Of a stretch of 64,000 nucleotides of DNA, positions 49,491 through 59,255 are shown piece by piece. Position 1 is the first letter of the stretch, and each line of letters opens with the position of its first letter. The notes beneath the pieces were generated by a model, which searched no databases, was not told where the DNA came from, and worked only from the letters and a program-made list of their open reading frames with translations. The DNA comes from an uncultured Candidatus Saccharibacteria bacterium. GTDB lineage: Bacteria; Patescibacteriota; WWE3; 2-01-FULL-39-13. The stretch is from positions 7,735 through 71,734 of the forward strand of contig CAYJKF010000003.1 of assembly GCA_964370865.1 (NCBI GenBank), written 5' to 3'. The position numbers and the translations under genes were made by a program.

Positions 49491-51017
49491 CTATAAATAT
49501 TCCGCCTGGTAAACTTCTACCCAAATATGTTTTGAAAATTGCACTTTTTCTAGTTTTGTATAATTAGCATCCATAAAACTTTTGACATCCAAGGCACCAC
49601 TTAAATTATCTGTAATTAGAACATAAAATTTGCTATGCCCTTTCCTCAAAATTTCAATATCTGATCTTAAAAGCTCTTCTGAAACAATTGGTATGGCGCC
49701 TTCTTTCTTATCCCAAATAGGAAAAGTCGTAGCTTTTGCTAGTCCATTATAATAATACTGAAATGGATAGATTGTATAGGCTGGTGTTAATAAGACTATA
49801 TCGCGGGAATCAGCATTATTTTCTATAAACGCAATTGCGTCTTTATAATTTTCTCTCGCAGGATTTTGCATGTGATTTTGTTGAACATATAACATCACAG
49901 CCATTAATAGAAAAAACATACAAACTAATATGTTTCTAGTAACGCCTCTCAATTCAGTTAAATACCAAGCCATAAAAATATAAAGCATAGGAGTAACGAT
50001 AATAAAATACCTGCTTAAAAAAACGGATTTAACAACGACGCTAAAAGTATAACCTAGCAAAATCGGCAGTATGGTACCTAACACTACCAAAAATAGTGTA
50101 TATGAAAAGGGGTTCTGTCTTTTAGTTAGAAAAATAAAGCCAAAGAATATTGATATCGGCCAGACAGATAATAATATCGAACCAATACTATCTGGTAAAA
50201 ACCCTCCAATATATTCAAAATAAGTTTGAATTATATTAAATGGAATTGGGGTCGCAAGTTCTGGTGCGTATGTACCCGACCCGTAATTCATAATTAGGGC
50301 TCTCACCCAAGGGAAAAAAGTTAAACCTATTAATACTGCGCATATTACAAGTTTCAAAAAGCGCGAAGTTACGTTAAAATTCTTAAACTCCTCACTTAAG
50401 CTCATGCTTCGGCTTGAAATTATAAAGAATACAGCCTGTACTAGCAGAACTAACAAAAAGAAATAATGTGTATATACTCCGACTATATTAACTATTACAT
50501 AAAAGAAATAATCAATTAACTTATTTCTTTTTAATGTTCGGATGAAAAATAAATATGAGAGTGTTGTAATAAAAATTAATAACGTATACATACGAATTTC
50601 TCGGCTGTACCAAACCCATATTGGGGACAGCGCAGCGATTAACATCGTATACTTAGATCGATCCTTTCCAATTACTTCCGATGATAGATAATAAATGGCT
50701 GGGATAGTTAATATTCCTGGAATTAATGCTAATAATCTCACCATATAAACATCTGAGCCAAAATATAAAATCCAGTAATGAAGTAAAGAGTTGTGTAGAG
50801 GCAAATGTACATTCTTAAGCATGTACTGAGTTATAAATGGAATAGAATGAGATGCCTGCCAAATGCTTTGAGTTTCATCCAACCTGAGACTTTCCGATTG
50901 AATCCCAATTAGTCGTAAACCAGTAGCCAATACCATTATGGCAAAAAGAATCACCGGTTCTCTTAAGAGATACTTGACCTTGAGTTTGTAATTATGTCTT
51001 AATATTTTTCTAAACAT
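49491..51017 (-). CDS. GT-C superfamily glycosyltransferase (ArnT/PMT-like, GT39/GT83-type) with about 12 TM helices
   Basis: Polytopic. Acidic DE in the first extracytoplasmic loop (LRLDETQS). Start overlaps the upstream GT2 gene. Confidence 0.6.
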   Translation of the reverse strand: MFRKILRHNYKLKVKYLLREPVILFAIMVLATGLRLIGIQSESLRLDETQSIWQASHSIPFITQYMLKNVHLPLHNSLLHYWILYFGSDVYMVRLLALIPGILTIPAIYYLSSEVIGKDRSKYTMLIAALSPIWVWYSREIRMYTLLIFITTLSYLFFIRTLKRNKLIDYFFYVIVNIVGVYTHYFFLLVLLVQAVFFIISSRSMSLSEEFKNFNVTSRFLKLVICAVLIGLTFFPWVRALIMNYGSGTYAPELATPIPFNIIQTYFEYIGGFLPDSIGSILLSVWPISIFFGFIFLTKRQNPFSYTLFLVVLGTILPILLGYTFSVVVKSVFLSRYFIIVTPMLYIFMAWYLTELRGVTRNILVCMFFLLMAVMLYVQQNHMQNPARENYKDAIAFIENNADSRDIVLLTPAYTIYPFQYYYNGLAKATTFPIWDKKEGAIPIVSEELLRSDIEILRKGHSKFYVLITDNLSGALDVKSFMDANYTKLEKVQFSKHIWVEVYQAEYL

Positions 51018-52599
51018 TGTTTTTATTAATTAGCTCTTTCCTTATGCCTAAGTTACGACTAATTCTCAATAAAATTGATGATAAAAGGGCTTTATCAACA
51101 ACGACTCTAGCTAAACTGCGCCATGGATAGGATACCCTTATAAATCCAAAAAACATTCCAATATTAAAAATTATCCAGGATGAATTAGTAAGTACAGATG
51201 GTGTAATACCCTGTTTTATTAGTGCAAAAATTATGACAGATATTCCTAAAACCATATACATAATATGAGGAATAGCGAATTTTATAAAATTTCCGGTCTC
51301 CGCTTCTTTTGATGTAACATTAAATTTAGATTTAAAATTAAGTATTGTAGAAAGAACCGCTTTTATATAAATAAAAGACGAACTCATCGATAATTGTATG
51401 GCTCTAAATGTAATCGTGTTTTCAGTTGAGGCCATTAATAAATAGATTGTTGAAAATATAAATGGGAGGAAAAATATAATAAAACTTCCGAATTGGTCGG
51501 TTACTGGCGACACGCCTGTTAGTAAAACAATTATTGGTACTAAAATATCAATTAATACAATAAATCCGTTTAAATAGTAGCTTGAGGAATATATATATTG
51601 AATTTTCTGAAGTAGAGTTAAATTTTTTTTAAATATTGGATTATATTTAAAAATTAATTCGGAAGAACCACGAGCCCAGCGAAATTGTTGAATTACATAA
51701 TTTTGTAGATTATGTGGTGCTAAGCCCTCCGCAAGAATTTTTGAAATATAAACCGAATTCCATCCTTTCTCATGCATAAATAAAGAAGCTAAAAAGTCCT
51801 CTGCTATATTATTTTCAGGAACCCCTCCAATTTCTTCTATGGCTTTTCTTCTAACAACTGCATTTGTTCCACACCAAAAGGTTGAATTCATTTGACTTTT
51901 TCCTCTACAAATTGAGCCGAAAAACAACTCCTGTTGTTCCCAAGTTGCTGTTGTTAAAAATGAATCATGTCGATTCTGATAATACTGAGGTGCTTGGGCT
52001 AAAGCTAATTTTTCGTCATTAAAATAGGGCATAATCTCTTTTAGATAATTAGAGTAAGGAACATGGTCCGCATCGAAGATGGTTATAAAAGGTGCAGAAG
52101 TTTCTTTTAGTGCATTGTTTATATTTCCAGCCTTGGCTCCAATATTGTGCTTCCGAGAGATGGCTTTTGCTCCTAGTGCAATTGCCATTTTATTTATGTC
52201 TTTCCAGTTCTCAGCTTTTCTTCCTCTTCCATCATTTAGCACGTAAACATTAAAATTTGGATAATCCATTGCCAGTGCAGCAGTGACAGTCTTTTTAACT
52301 ATATCAGTTGGTTCACCACAAACAGTTATAAATACGTCAACGGGTGGAGTTTCGTTTGAGACTGGCGCTTCGGATTTTCTCTGATTCCAAATGGTAATTG
52401 CATATGCTAATGCTTGAAATACATGATAAATTTCACCAACCAGTAAAGGTATATAAAGCCATAAAACACCAGCATGTGAAAAATCAAACCACCAATAGAG
52501 ATATATAATTGATGCTAAAACATTTAATAAAATTAACCCCCTAGGAACGGTTACTGTGGCATCTATGATTTCATGAGGTTGTTTAAGGTTGAAAGTCAT
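51010..52599 (-). CDS. Processive family-2 glycosyltransferase (cellulose/hyaluronan-synthase-like, BcsA-like core)
   Basis: DxD (FDADH), QxxRW (QQFRWARG). TM helices N- and C-terminal to the catalytic domain. Confidence 0.85.
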   Translation of the reverse strand: MTFNLKQPHEIIDATVTVPRGLILLNVLASIIYLYWWFDFSHAGVLWLYIPLLVGEIYHVFQALAYAITIWNQRKSEAPVSNETPPVDVFITVCGEPTDIVKKTVTAALAMDYPNFNVYVLNDGRGRKAENWKDINKMAIALGAKAISRKHNIGAKAGNINNALKETSAPFITIFDADHVPYSNYLKEIMPYFNDEKLALAQAPQYYQNRHDSFLTTATWEQQELFFGSICRGKSQMNSTFWCGTNAVVRRKAIEEIGGVPENNIAEDFLASLFMHEKGWNSVYISKILAEGLAPHNLQNYVIQQFRWARGSSELIFKYNPIFKKNLTLLQKIQYIYSSSYYLNGFIVLIDILVPIIVLLTGVSPVTDQFGSFIIFFLPFIFSTIYLLMASTENTITFRAIQLSMSSSFIYIKAVLSTILNFKSKFNVTSKEAETGNFIKFAIPHIMYMVLGISVIIFALIKQGITPSVLTNSSWIIFNIGMFFGFIRVSYPWRSLARVVVDKALLSSILLRISRNLGIRKELINKNNV

Positions 52600-53834
52600 T
52601 CGATTTCATATAAATTGTTAAGTCGATTGCTGTATGCCGCCATTCCAAACCATACGAGATTTTGAGCATAATACCCAATATCCTCTTTAAAATCTTCGGT
52701 ATCAGGATTATAAAGTGGTGCAATTTTACTTACATATATTTCATCGGCAGTTTTTGGAGCGATAATTGCGAATGCTGGAAGTAAGATTCCGTATACACTA
52801 TTACTTTCACTATCGTTACCGATGCTACCATCATGATTATATTCACGTGATATCTTCTTCCGTTTCTGCCATTCTTCGTCTAAAAACTTTAATTTTTCTA
52901 AATACTCTTTTGCCCTAGGATCTTTATGCCACTGCCAATCCAATGCAACTCTATAAGGAACTCTTATTGCATCGTCTGAAAAATGAGTCGATTTATCTTC
53001 ATGAATTACACTGATTATTTTCCCGGTAATTGGATCTAAATTTACCCAATCTGGAGGTAAATTTACTGATTTTTCTAAATCTAAATTGCTTTCAGTCGAC
53101 TCAAAAAGTACCCCATACGCCGTATCTTTCAATTTATCCCAAGGATGTGTTGGATCAACTTCAGCAAATATTGGATAAGCAGCAAATGAGAAATAGGATG
53201 GGTTAATAGTAGGCTGTTTTTCTTCTTTCGCCCAATTACCCGCAACAAGATAGTAATTACCATTTAATTCATAAACTTCATTTTCCCAAATGTCGTTTAA
53301 AATTATCAGAGCTTCATCTAAATAATATTTATCATTCCATCGCTTGGAGGCAAAGATTAAGGCTAATGCTATATCCTGATCAGCATCTGAAGCGGTATTC
53401 ATACCTCCCTCGTTTACTAGGACATCCCATTTACCATCTGGATTTTGCCCCCATTTCCATGCAAATAAGTCATCCTCAGGTCTTTTTTGAAGATTATTAT
53501 TTGTCCATTTTAAAACCTTATCAAACACTTCTTTATCGTCAATCCAAACAGCTCGTAATAATGAATATGATTGACCCTCAGATGTGGTCAGGTAATTGAG
53601 TGATCTATCAATTGTTCGACCATCTTTCTGAATTTTGTCCTTATAAGCAACCCAAAGTTGCTCTAAAACCGCAACCGGATATGTTTTTATAAAAAGTGCC
53701 TCCTGGGTGTTTTGAGTTTTCAAAAATTCAAAGTTTGTACTTACGTAATTTTTACCATCCCGTTTTGTATACAATGCGACAAAAACTAGCACTAAAAAGG
53801 TAAATAGTATTGTTAATAGAAGACTCTTTTTCAT
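52596..53834 (-). CDS. Glycoside hydrolase family 8 endoglucanase (BcsZ-like), membrane-anchored/secreted
   Basis: TSEGQSYSLL (compare BcsZ TSEGQSYGMF) and ASDADQDIALAL GH8 signatures. Confidence 0.8.
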   Translation of the reverse strand: MKKSLLLTILFTFLVLVFVALYTKRDGKNYVSTNFEFLKTQNTQEALFIKTYPVAVLEQLWVAYKDKIQKDGRTIDRSLNYLTTSEGQSYSLLRAVWIDDKEVFDKVLKWTNNNLQKRPEDDLFAWKWGQNPDGKWDVLVNEGGMNTASDADQDIALALIFASKRWNDKYYLDEALIILNDIWENEVYELNGNYYLVAGNWAKEEKQPTINPSYFSFAAYPIFAEVDPTHPWDKLKDTAYGVLFESTESNLDLEKSVNLPPDWVNLDPITGKIISVIHEDKSTHFSDDAIRVPYRVALDWQWHKDPRAKEYLEKLKFLDEEWQKRKKISREYNHDGSIGNDSESNSVYGILLPAFAIIAPKTADEIYVSKIAPLYNPDTEDFKEDIGYYAQNLVWFGMAAYSNRLNNLYEIE

Positions 53835-53938
53835 ATTATATTAAACTTATAGTCCTTACCAAAAAGGCAATAATTATATCGAAACGATACTTATTATATA
53901 GTGTTAATAGAATTTTGTAACCTATTTAGAAATTTACT

Positions 53939-54015
53939 TGGTCGGGGAGACAGGACTCGAACCTGTGACCTCTTCGTCCCAAACGAAGCGCGCTAGCCAA
54001 CTGCGCTACACCCCG
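53939..54015 (-). tRNA. tRNA-Pro (UGG); U6:U67 mismatch in the acceptor stem
   Basis: Hand-folded cloverleaf: D-stem GCGC/GCGC, anticodon loop UUUGGGA, T-loop TTCGAGT, CCA encoded. Confidence 0.75.
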
Positions 54016-54339
54016 AAAATCTTGTATCTACTTAATTGGCAATCCTATAGTTTTACCGACGTTCTTTAGTACGCCAACCACAATTGACAGGACGAGTTTA
54101 CAAAAATAGAAAAAAACCTTTAGAATTCGAGACAGAACAAATGCTGCATACTGTTCAGCCTGGTTTTTCTTAACATCCATATCATACTGGTTTTGTACGA
54201 AGTTGTCTTGCATTATGAAATTATACGTTAAATGTAGATTTTAAGCATCATATACGTTTATAATATATATGCGTTACAATAACAAAAACGGTCAGTTTGT
54301 ATGTTGTGTCTAGAAATACCCACAACTGGTGCCTTTTAT

Positions 54340-54425
54340 GCCGCGGTGGCGGAATGGTAGACGCGCTGGACTTAAAATCCAGTTCCTTCACCGGAGTGAG
54401 AGTTCGAGTCTCTCCCGCGGCACCA
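54340..54425 (+). tRNA. tRNA-Leu (UAA), long variable arm
   Basis: Acceptor GCCGCGG/CCGCGGC, anticodon loop CUUAAAA, T-loop TTCGAGT, CCA encoded. Confidence 0.85.
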
Positions 54426-54437
54426 AGGCATGGATTT

Positions 54438-54514
54438 GCCTCTGTAGCTCAATTGGATAGAGCGTCGGTCTTCGGAACCGCAGGTTGGGGGTTCAAATCC
54501 TCTCGGAGGCACCA
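54438..54514 (+). tRNA. tRNA-Arg (UCG)
   Basis: Acceptor GCCTCTG/CGGAGGC (one G-U), anticodon loop CUUCGGA, T-loop TTCAAAT, CCA encoded. Confidence 0.75.
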
Positions 54515-54531
54515 TAATATACATACCATCC

Positions 54532-54607
54532 GGGTGCATAGCTCAATTGGCAGAGCAACTGGCTCTTAACTAGTAGGTTGCAGGTTCAAGCCCTGCTGCA
54601 CCCACCA
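54532..54607 (+). tRNA. tRNA-Lys (CUU)
   Basis: Acceptor GGGTGCA/TGCACCC, anticodon loop CUCUUAA, T-loop TTCAAGC, CCA encoded. Confidence 0.85.
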
Positions 54608-54651
54608 AATTTGCCAAAGATAAATTTTCTGAAACAGTATAATAGTAGATA

Positions 54652-55848
54652 ATGGTCGATTTAACTGCCGAGCAAAAAAAAATAACTGAAAAACTACTTG
54701 ATTGGATAGAAGTGCTTTCGGAAGAATCGGATGATGACTGGATTGAGCTCGATAAACAATTTATTACTGTCGGCGGTTATGCTGGTACAGGTAAAACTAC
54801 TCTTATTAGTCACTTTCGAAAAATTCTAAAAGAAAAGCATCCAAAAGTTAAAGTCGCTTTCTGTGCCTATACAGGAAAAGCAACAAGAGTCCTAAAAAAT
54901 AAACTAGAAGAAGCAGGGTCTATCTATTCAACAGATTCAATCTCAACAATCCACGGTCTTATTTATACTCCAATAGAAGATGATAGAGACCGAATTGTGG
55001 GTTGGGAAAGAAAACCAGAAATAAAAGAAGATTTAATAATAATTGATGAGGCTTCAATGGTAGACGAGAATATTTGGAACGACATCACTCAGTACCACAT
55101 TCCAATTATTGCTATTGGCGATCATGGCCAACTTCCACCTATAAATGGAAATTTTAATTTAATGGAAACTCCTCAATATAAATTAAATGAAATTCATAGA
55201 CAGGCTAAGGATAATCCAATCATAAAGTTATCAATCCACGCTAGAAATTTTGGACAGGTATTACCCAATGTATACTCTGACACGGTTCTAAAAGTTAAAA
55301 GAAGTGATGAAAACTCTGGTTATAAAATCGAAGAGGTTATGGAAAAATATGACCGAGATACTTTAGTTATATGTGGTTACAACCAAACTCGAATTAAACT
55401 CAATAAATATATCAGGCAAAAGCTGGGCTTTGAATCAGTCGAACCTATCCGCGGTGATAGAGTTATTTGTCTTAGAAACAATCATGAGGAAGGTATTTAT
55501 AATGGAATGTTTGGTGAAATCGTAAACATCGAGGATAAAGATGAACGAAGATATAAAGTTGAAATTAGGATAGACGACACAGGAGAAATTTATCTTGGAA
55601 ATATTCTAAAAGTCCAGTTTAATAATCCACAGTCCATGAATTTTACCGATCAGCGCGTTTTGACGTTGGATTCAGATTTGTTCGATTTCGGTTATGCTGT
55701 GACAGTTCATAAAAGTCAGGGAGGTCAAGCAAAACGCGTAATCTTCTTTGAAGAAAAAATGGGCAAAATGCAACCAGATACAAAGCGAAAATGGTTATAT
55801 ACCGCTATCACAAGAGCTCAAGAAGAACTCTATATTATTGAAAGTTAG
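54652..55848 (+). CDS. RecD/Dda-like SF1 DNA helicase (AAA_30 + UvrD_C_2 type)
   Basis: Walker A GYAGTGKTT, Walker B IIIDEASM, C-terminal YAVTVHKSQGGQ and TAITRAQE motifs. Confidence 0.75.
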   Translation: MVDLTAEQKKITEKLLDWIEVLSEESDDDWIELDKQFITVGGYAGTGKTTLISHFRKILKEKHPKVKVAFCAYTGKATRVLKNKLEEAGSIYSTDSISTIHGLIYTPIEDDRDRIVGWERKPEIKEDLIIIDEASMVDENIWNDITQYHIPIIAIGDHGQLPPINGNFNLMETPQYKLNEIHRQAKDNPIIKLSIHARNFGQVLPNVYSDTVLKVKRSDENSGYKIEEVMEKYDRDTLVICGYNQTRIKLNKYIRQKLGFESVEPIRGDRVICLRNNHEEGIYNGMFGEIVNIEDKDERRYKVEIRIDDTGEIYLGNILKVQFNNPQSMNFTDQRVLTLDSDLFDFGYAVTVHKSQGGQAKRVIFFEEKMGKMQPDTKRKWLYTAITRAQEELYIIES

Positions 55849-55868
55849 TTACGTGTTACCATTATTTA

Positions 55869-57278
55869 ATGCAACTTCAGCCTCTTAAAAGAGACGTACT
55901 TCCTGAACCACCAAAATCAGTATGGAAATTACTTGGTCCAAGTTTTATTTTACTAGGACTTGGTCTTGGAACCGGAGAATTAATTCTCTGGCCATTTCTT
56001 GTTTCTAACTGGGGACTTGGAATTATGTGGGGAGCTGTTCTTGGAATTACCATCCAATATTTCTTAAATATGGAAATTGAAAGATACACACTAGTGAATG
56101 GTGAAAGTATTTTTGTGGGATTTGCACGAATTTTTAGATTCTTACCGATGTGGTTTATTGGTTCAACGGTTATTGCTTGGTCTTGGCCAGCATTTTCATC
56201 TGCTTCCGCGGCAATATTTTCTCAGTTTGGAATTGTACATACCGAATATATTGCAGTAGGAATGTTAATTCTAGTTGGACTAATTCTAACCTTAGGGCCA
56301 GTTCTGTATAAGACTGTAGAGACTGTGGAAAAAGTTTTAATCTGTATTGCAATTCCACTTATCATAATCATTGCCGCGTTAGTTATAGATATATTTGATA
56401 TTAGGACTCTTTTACTTGGAATTCTGGGAGTAGGTGAAGGATATTATTTTGTTCCGCTAGATACTGATTCAGGAAAAGTCTTTCCTTACATGGCATTTTT
56501 AGCAGCATTTGCATATTCAGGAGCAGGAGGAAATCTTCTTTTAGCACAGTCCTTCTATATCAAAGAAAAAGGCTATGGAATGGGCAAGTACTCCGGAAAA
56601 ATAACTAGCCTGATCACGGGTAAAGCAGAAGAAATCCACCTAGAAGGCACAACTTATAATGTAACTGAAGATGAAAAAAGAAAATTTAAATCATGGTTTG
56701 CAATTGCTGGCAAAGAACACTTTATTGTTTTCTGGGGAATGGGTCTTTTAACCATGTTACTACTTGGAACTATTTCTTATGCATCAGTTTATGGAAATCC
56801 ATCTAATGCTGAAGGAATTAATTTTGTATTTAATCAAGCCAAAGCTATAAATGCAATGTCAGGTGGAATTTTAGGAACGCTATTACTAATCGTTACTTCA
56901 CTTATGCTTTTTTCGACACAACTTTCTGTAATAGATGGAGCAGGAAGAATTGTTGCCGAAAACGTAGCTCTCGTCGCTAGAGAAAAAATTGGACCAAAGA
57001 AAATGCCATATGTTTATTACGCAGCTATATGGATTATTTTAATTTTTGGAATGATGATGCTTTTAGTTGGTGTCAAAGAACCACAATTCTTGATTGTTAC
57101 TGGCGCTGTGATAAATGCTGTTTGTATGACAGTATTTGCAGGCCTATTAAATAGAACCAACTCACGTCTACTTCATCACAGCGCCCAAGCTAGTGATTTC
57201 AGAAAAGCTATAATTACAGCTATCTTTGTAATACTATTGGTTTTTACAAGCTTAGTCCTTGTTGATAGGATTTTTTAA
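55869..57278 (+). CDS. NRAMP-fold divalent-cation transporter homolog with a non-canonical first metal-site motif (GTGE instead of DPGN)
   Basis: About 11 TM. N-terminal LGPSFILLGLGLGTGELILWP parallels Nramp LGPGFL...DPGN. Confidence 0.5.
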   Translation: MQLQPLKRDVLPEPPKSVWKLLGPSFILLGLGLGTGELILWPFLVSNWGLGIMWGAVLGITIQYFLNMEIERYTLVNGESIFVGFARIFRFLPMWFIGSTVIAWSWPAFSSASAAIFSQFGIVHTEYIAVGMLILVGLILTLGPVLYKTVETVEKVLICIAIPLIIIIAALVIDIFDIRTLLLGILGVGEGYYFVPLDTDSGKVFPYMAFLAAFAYSGAGGNLLLAQSFYIKEKGYGMGKYSGKITSLITGKAEEIHLEGTTYNVTEDEKRKFKSWFAIAGKEHFIVFWGMGLLTMLLLGTISYASVYGNPSNAEGINFVFNQAKAINAMSGGILGTLLLIVTSLMLFSTQLSVIDGAGRIVAENVALVAREKIGPKKMPYVYYAAIWIILIFGMMMLLVGVKEPQFLIVTGAVINAVCMTVFAGLLNRTNSRLLHHSAQASDFRKAIITAIFVILLVFTSLVLVDRIF

Positions 57279-57330
57279 TAAATACGCAAGCTGGAAAATA
57301 ATATTAGCTGGTTTTTACTTCATGAGTAAA

Positions 57331-57349
57331 GTGCTAAAATTTCACTCAG
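57331..57349 (+). promoter_or_regulatory. Conserved 19-mer GTGCTAAAATTTCACTCAG (copy 1) upstream of tRNA-Gly(GCC); contains the -10-like TAAAAT
   Basis: Near-identical copy (18/19) at 60489-60507 upstream of tRNA-Gly(UCC). Confidence 0.4.
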
Positions 57350-57357
57350 CAAACTGA

Positions 57358-57432
57358 GCGGGTATCGTATAGTGGCTATTATACTTCCTTGCCAAGGAAG
57401 AGATACGGGTCCGATTCCCGTTACCCGCTCCA
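57358..57432 (+). tRNA. tRNA-Gly (GCC)
   Basis: Acceptor GCGGGTA/TACCCGC, anticodon loop UUGCCAA, CCA encoded. Weak D-stem. Confidence 0.8.
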
Positions 57433-57436
57433 TACC

Positions 57437-57458
57437 GGACATATGTCCAGTTTTTTTA
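57437..57458 (+). terminator. Rho-independent terminator (GGACATATGTCC hairpin + T7)
   Basis: Perfect 12-nt palindrome followed by TTTTTTT, directly after tRNA-Gly. Confidence 0.55.
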
Positions 57459-57700
57459 TTTCTCCCCAATAAATCAATCCTTTCTTGAGTCCGAGCGAGA
57501 ATTTCTGGTAAAATTCGCCAGCCTGGAAATGTAAATACTGGCAAAGAGAATAGAACCTATGGATGATAATCACATGTATATAACAAAAGAAGAACTTGAG
57601 GAATTTAAGCAACTTGCTTTTAAGGAATATGGGATTAAACTCACAGATGAGCAGGCTTACTAACAAGGAAGTGCTTTGTTGAGGTTGATGGATTGCGTGC

Positions 57701-58330
57701 TTGATAAGACTCTTTAACAGAAAAAAAAAGACGCTGTTCGTAGGACTATTGATAAAAAATAACATGAATATTACTTGGGAAGAACTTCTATTGGAAACAT
57801 TACCTTTTCGTGAAGAGATCTTAGAGTGGTGTAAAACTCACCCCGAGTTTAAAAAAGGGCTAAAAGTTTTAGCCTCTGAAAGATTTCTCCATTTAGGAAC
57901 GGTGATGATTTCTTACCCTCCTGGAACAAATGACCAAGTCATTGGCGTGTATGCTTATGATTACAAGCACAATCCTCCGCTGTTTAAACAAGACTTTATC
58001 GTAGATGTAAATCAAGCTCACAAAGAATTTGTTCTTTACACAGGATTTCCAAAAGGCACTCAAAGCACTAAATATGTAAAACATATGAATGATTTTTTCT
58101 CTAAATACGGAAGAAACGGGAATTATGCTGGTTCACATCACTTAACATTTGATCAGTTGCCTGAAGATCCTGAGATAAGACGAAGAGCTGAAAGAATGAT
58201 CGAACGCGCAAAGGATTTGCCTGAGGATATTACCAATCCTCCACAACAAATGATGGTGGATTATTTATCAAAAATCAAAGAAGCCAAAAAAGATAAAAGG
58301 GCAGAGATTCGAAAGCTTAAAGAAAAATAA
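57701..58330 (+). CDS. Hypothetical protein (probable start MNITWEE near 57764)
   Basis: ORF only. Confidence 0.4.
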   Translation: MIRLFNRKKKTLFVGLLIKNNMNITWEELLLETLPFREEILEWCKTHPEFKKGLKVLASERFLHLGTVMISYPPGTNDQVIGVYAYDYKHNPPLFKQDFIVDVNQAHKEFVLYTGFPKGTQSTKYVKHMNDFFSKYGRNGNYAGSHHLTFDQLPEDPEIRRRAERMIERAKDLPEDITNPPQQMMVDYLSKIKEAKKDKRAEIRKLKEK

Positions 58331-58391
58331 AGATAATCTACACCAAGCTGGTTTTCAAACTTACTAAGTTGTAAAATACAACCAATAAATT

Positions 58392-59255
58392 ATGGCAAAA
58401 CGAACTGTTATTGAAGCAACTTCCCCTCCAAAATTAGTAATGCCGCAAGAAAAGGTAAGGGAATTACTTAACAAGCAATTGGAAAAAGGTAGAGAACTTC
58501 AAAATGTTCAAATAAATAGTGAGCAGAGCTATGATTCTGCTGAAGCTTCTAAAGAGAAATGGAAAGACTTTACAGAAGAGATATTACAACGATCATTTGA
58601 CAATGATTCGATGAGAAAAGAATTCGCTTCTAGCTATGGAGCGATGAGAATGGCTTCAGATCTGTATGACATGATTTCGAATTACAAGAATGATATTGAT
58701 GCGAAAGTAAATAAATTAGATTCGATAATAGAGAGACTAGATCTAATTCCAGAATTGCTACCGACACTAGGTCCTAGTAATGAAAATCCACAACAAAGCA
58801 ATGACGTAAGTTCAAAAGAAGTGTTTATTGTTCATGGACATAATCATGAAATGAAAGTTCAAGTTGCACGTTTTATCGAAAGTGTCGGTTTAACTCCAAT
58901 CATACTTCATGAGCAACCCAATGGAGGCAAAACATTAATCGAGAAGCTTGAGCATCATTCAGCCGTTGGTTTTTGCGTTGTTCTTGTAACAGCAGATGAC
59001 ATGGGCTACGAGGTTGGGCATGAAAAGGATGCAAGACCAAGAGCTAGACAAAACGTGATCGCTGAACTGGGATTTTTTGTAGGGAAGCTTACTAGAAAAA
59101 ATGTTTCTGTACTTTATGCAGCTGGTGTTGAACTCCCTTCAGATTTTTTTGGCGTTGTTTATATCCCGATAGATAAGGACGAAGGGTGGAAATTGAAACT
59201 AGCTAAAGAAATTAAGAATGCTGGTATGCCAATAGATTTGAATCGTGCTCTGTAA
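58392..59255 (+). CDS. Two-domain protein: an N-terminal about 130-aa coiled/unknown domain and a C-terminal TIR-like Rossmann domain (COG4271 / 'predicted nucleotide-binding protein containing TIR-like domain' type)
   Basis: C-terminal KEVFIVHGHNHEMKVQVARFIESVGLTPIILHEQPNGGKTLIEKLE...GFCVVLVTADDMG matches the recalled TIR-like (PF10137-type) consensus VFIVHGHD...PIIL.EQ.N.G.TIIEK.E...FAVVLLTPDD. Confidence 0.5.
   Translation: MAKRTVIEATSPPKLVMPQEKVRELLNKQLEKGRELQNVQINSEQSYDSAEASKEKWKDFTEEILQRSFDNDSMRKEFASSYGAMRMASDLYDMISNYKNDIDAKVNKLDSIIERLDLIPELLPTLGPSNENPQQSNDVSSKEVFIVHGHNHEMKVQVARFIESVGLTPIILHEQPNGGKTLIEKLEHHSAVGFCVVLVTADDMGYEVGHEKDARPRARQNVIAELGFFVGKLTRKNVSVLYAAGVELPSDFFGVVYIPIDKDEGWKLKLAKEIKNAGMPIDLNRAL

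Noticed and set aside
54297-54569. 90-aa ORF spanning tRNA-Leu/Arg/Lys
   Set aside because: Translates straight through three well-folded tRNA genes.
57320-57765. Two minus-strand ORFs (74 and 114 aa) overlapping tRNA-Gly(GCC), its terminator, and the 5' end of the track ORF 57701..58330
   Set aside because: Overlap a tRNA. No supporting features.
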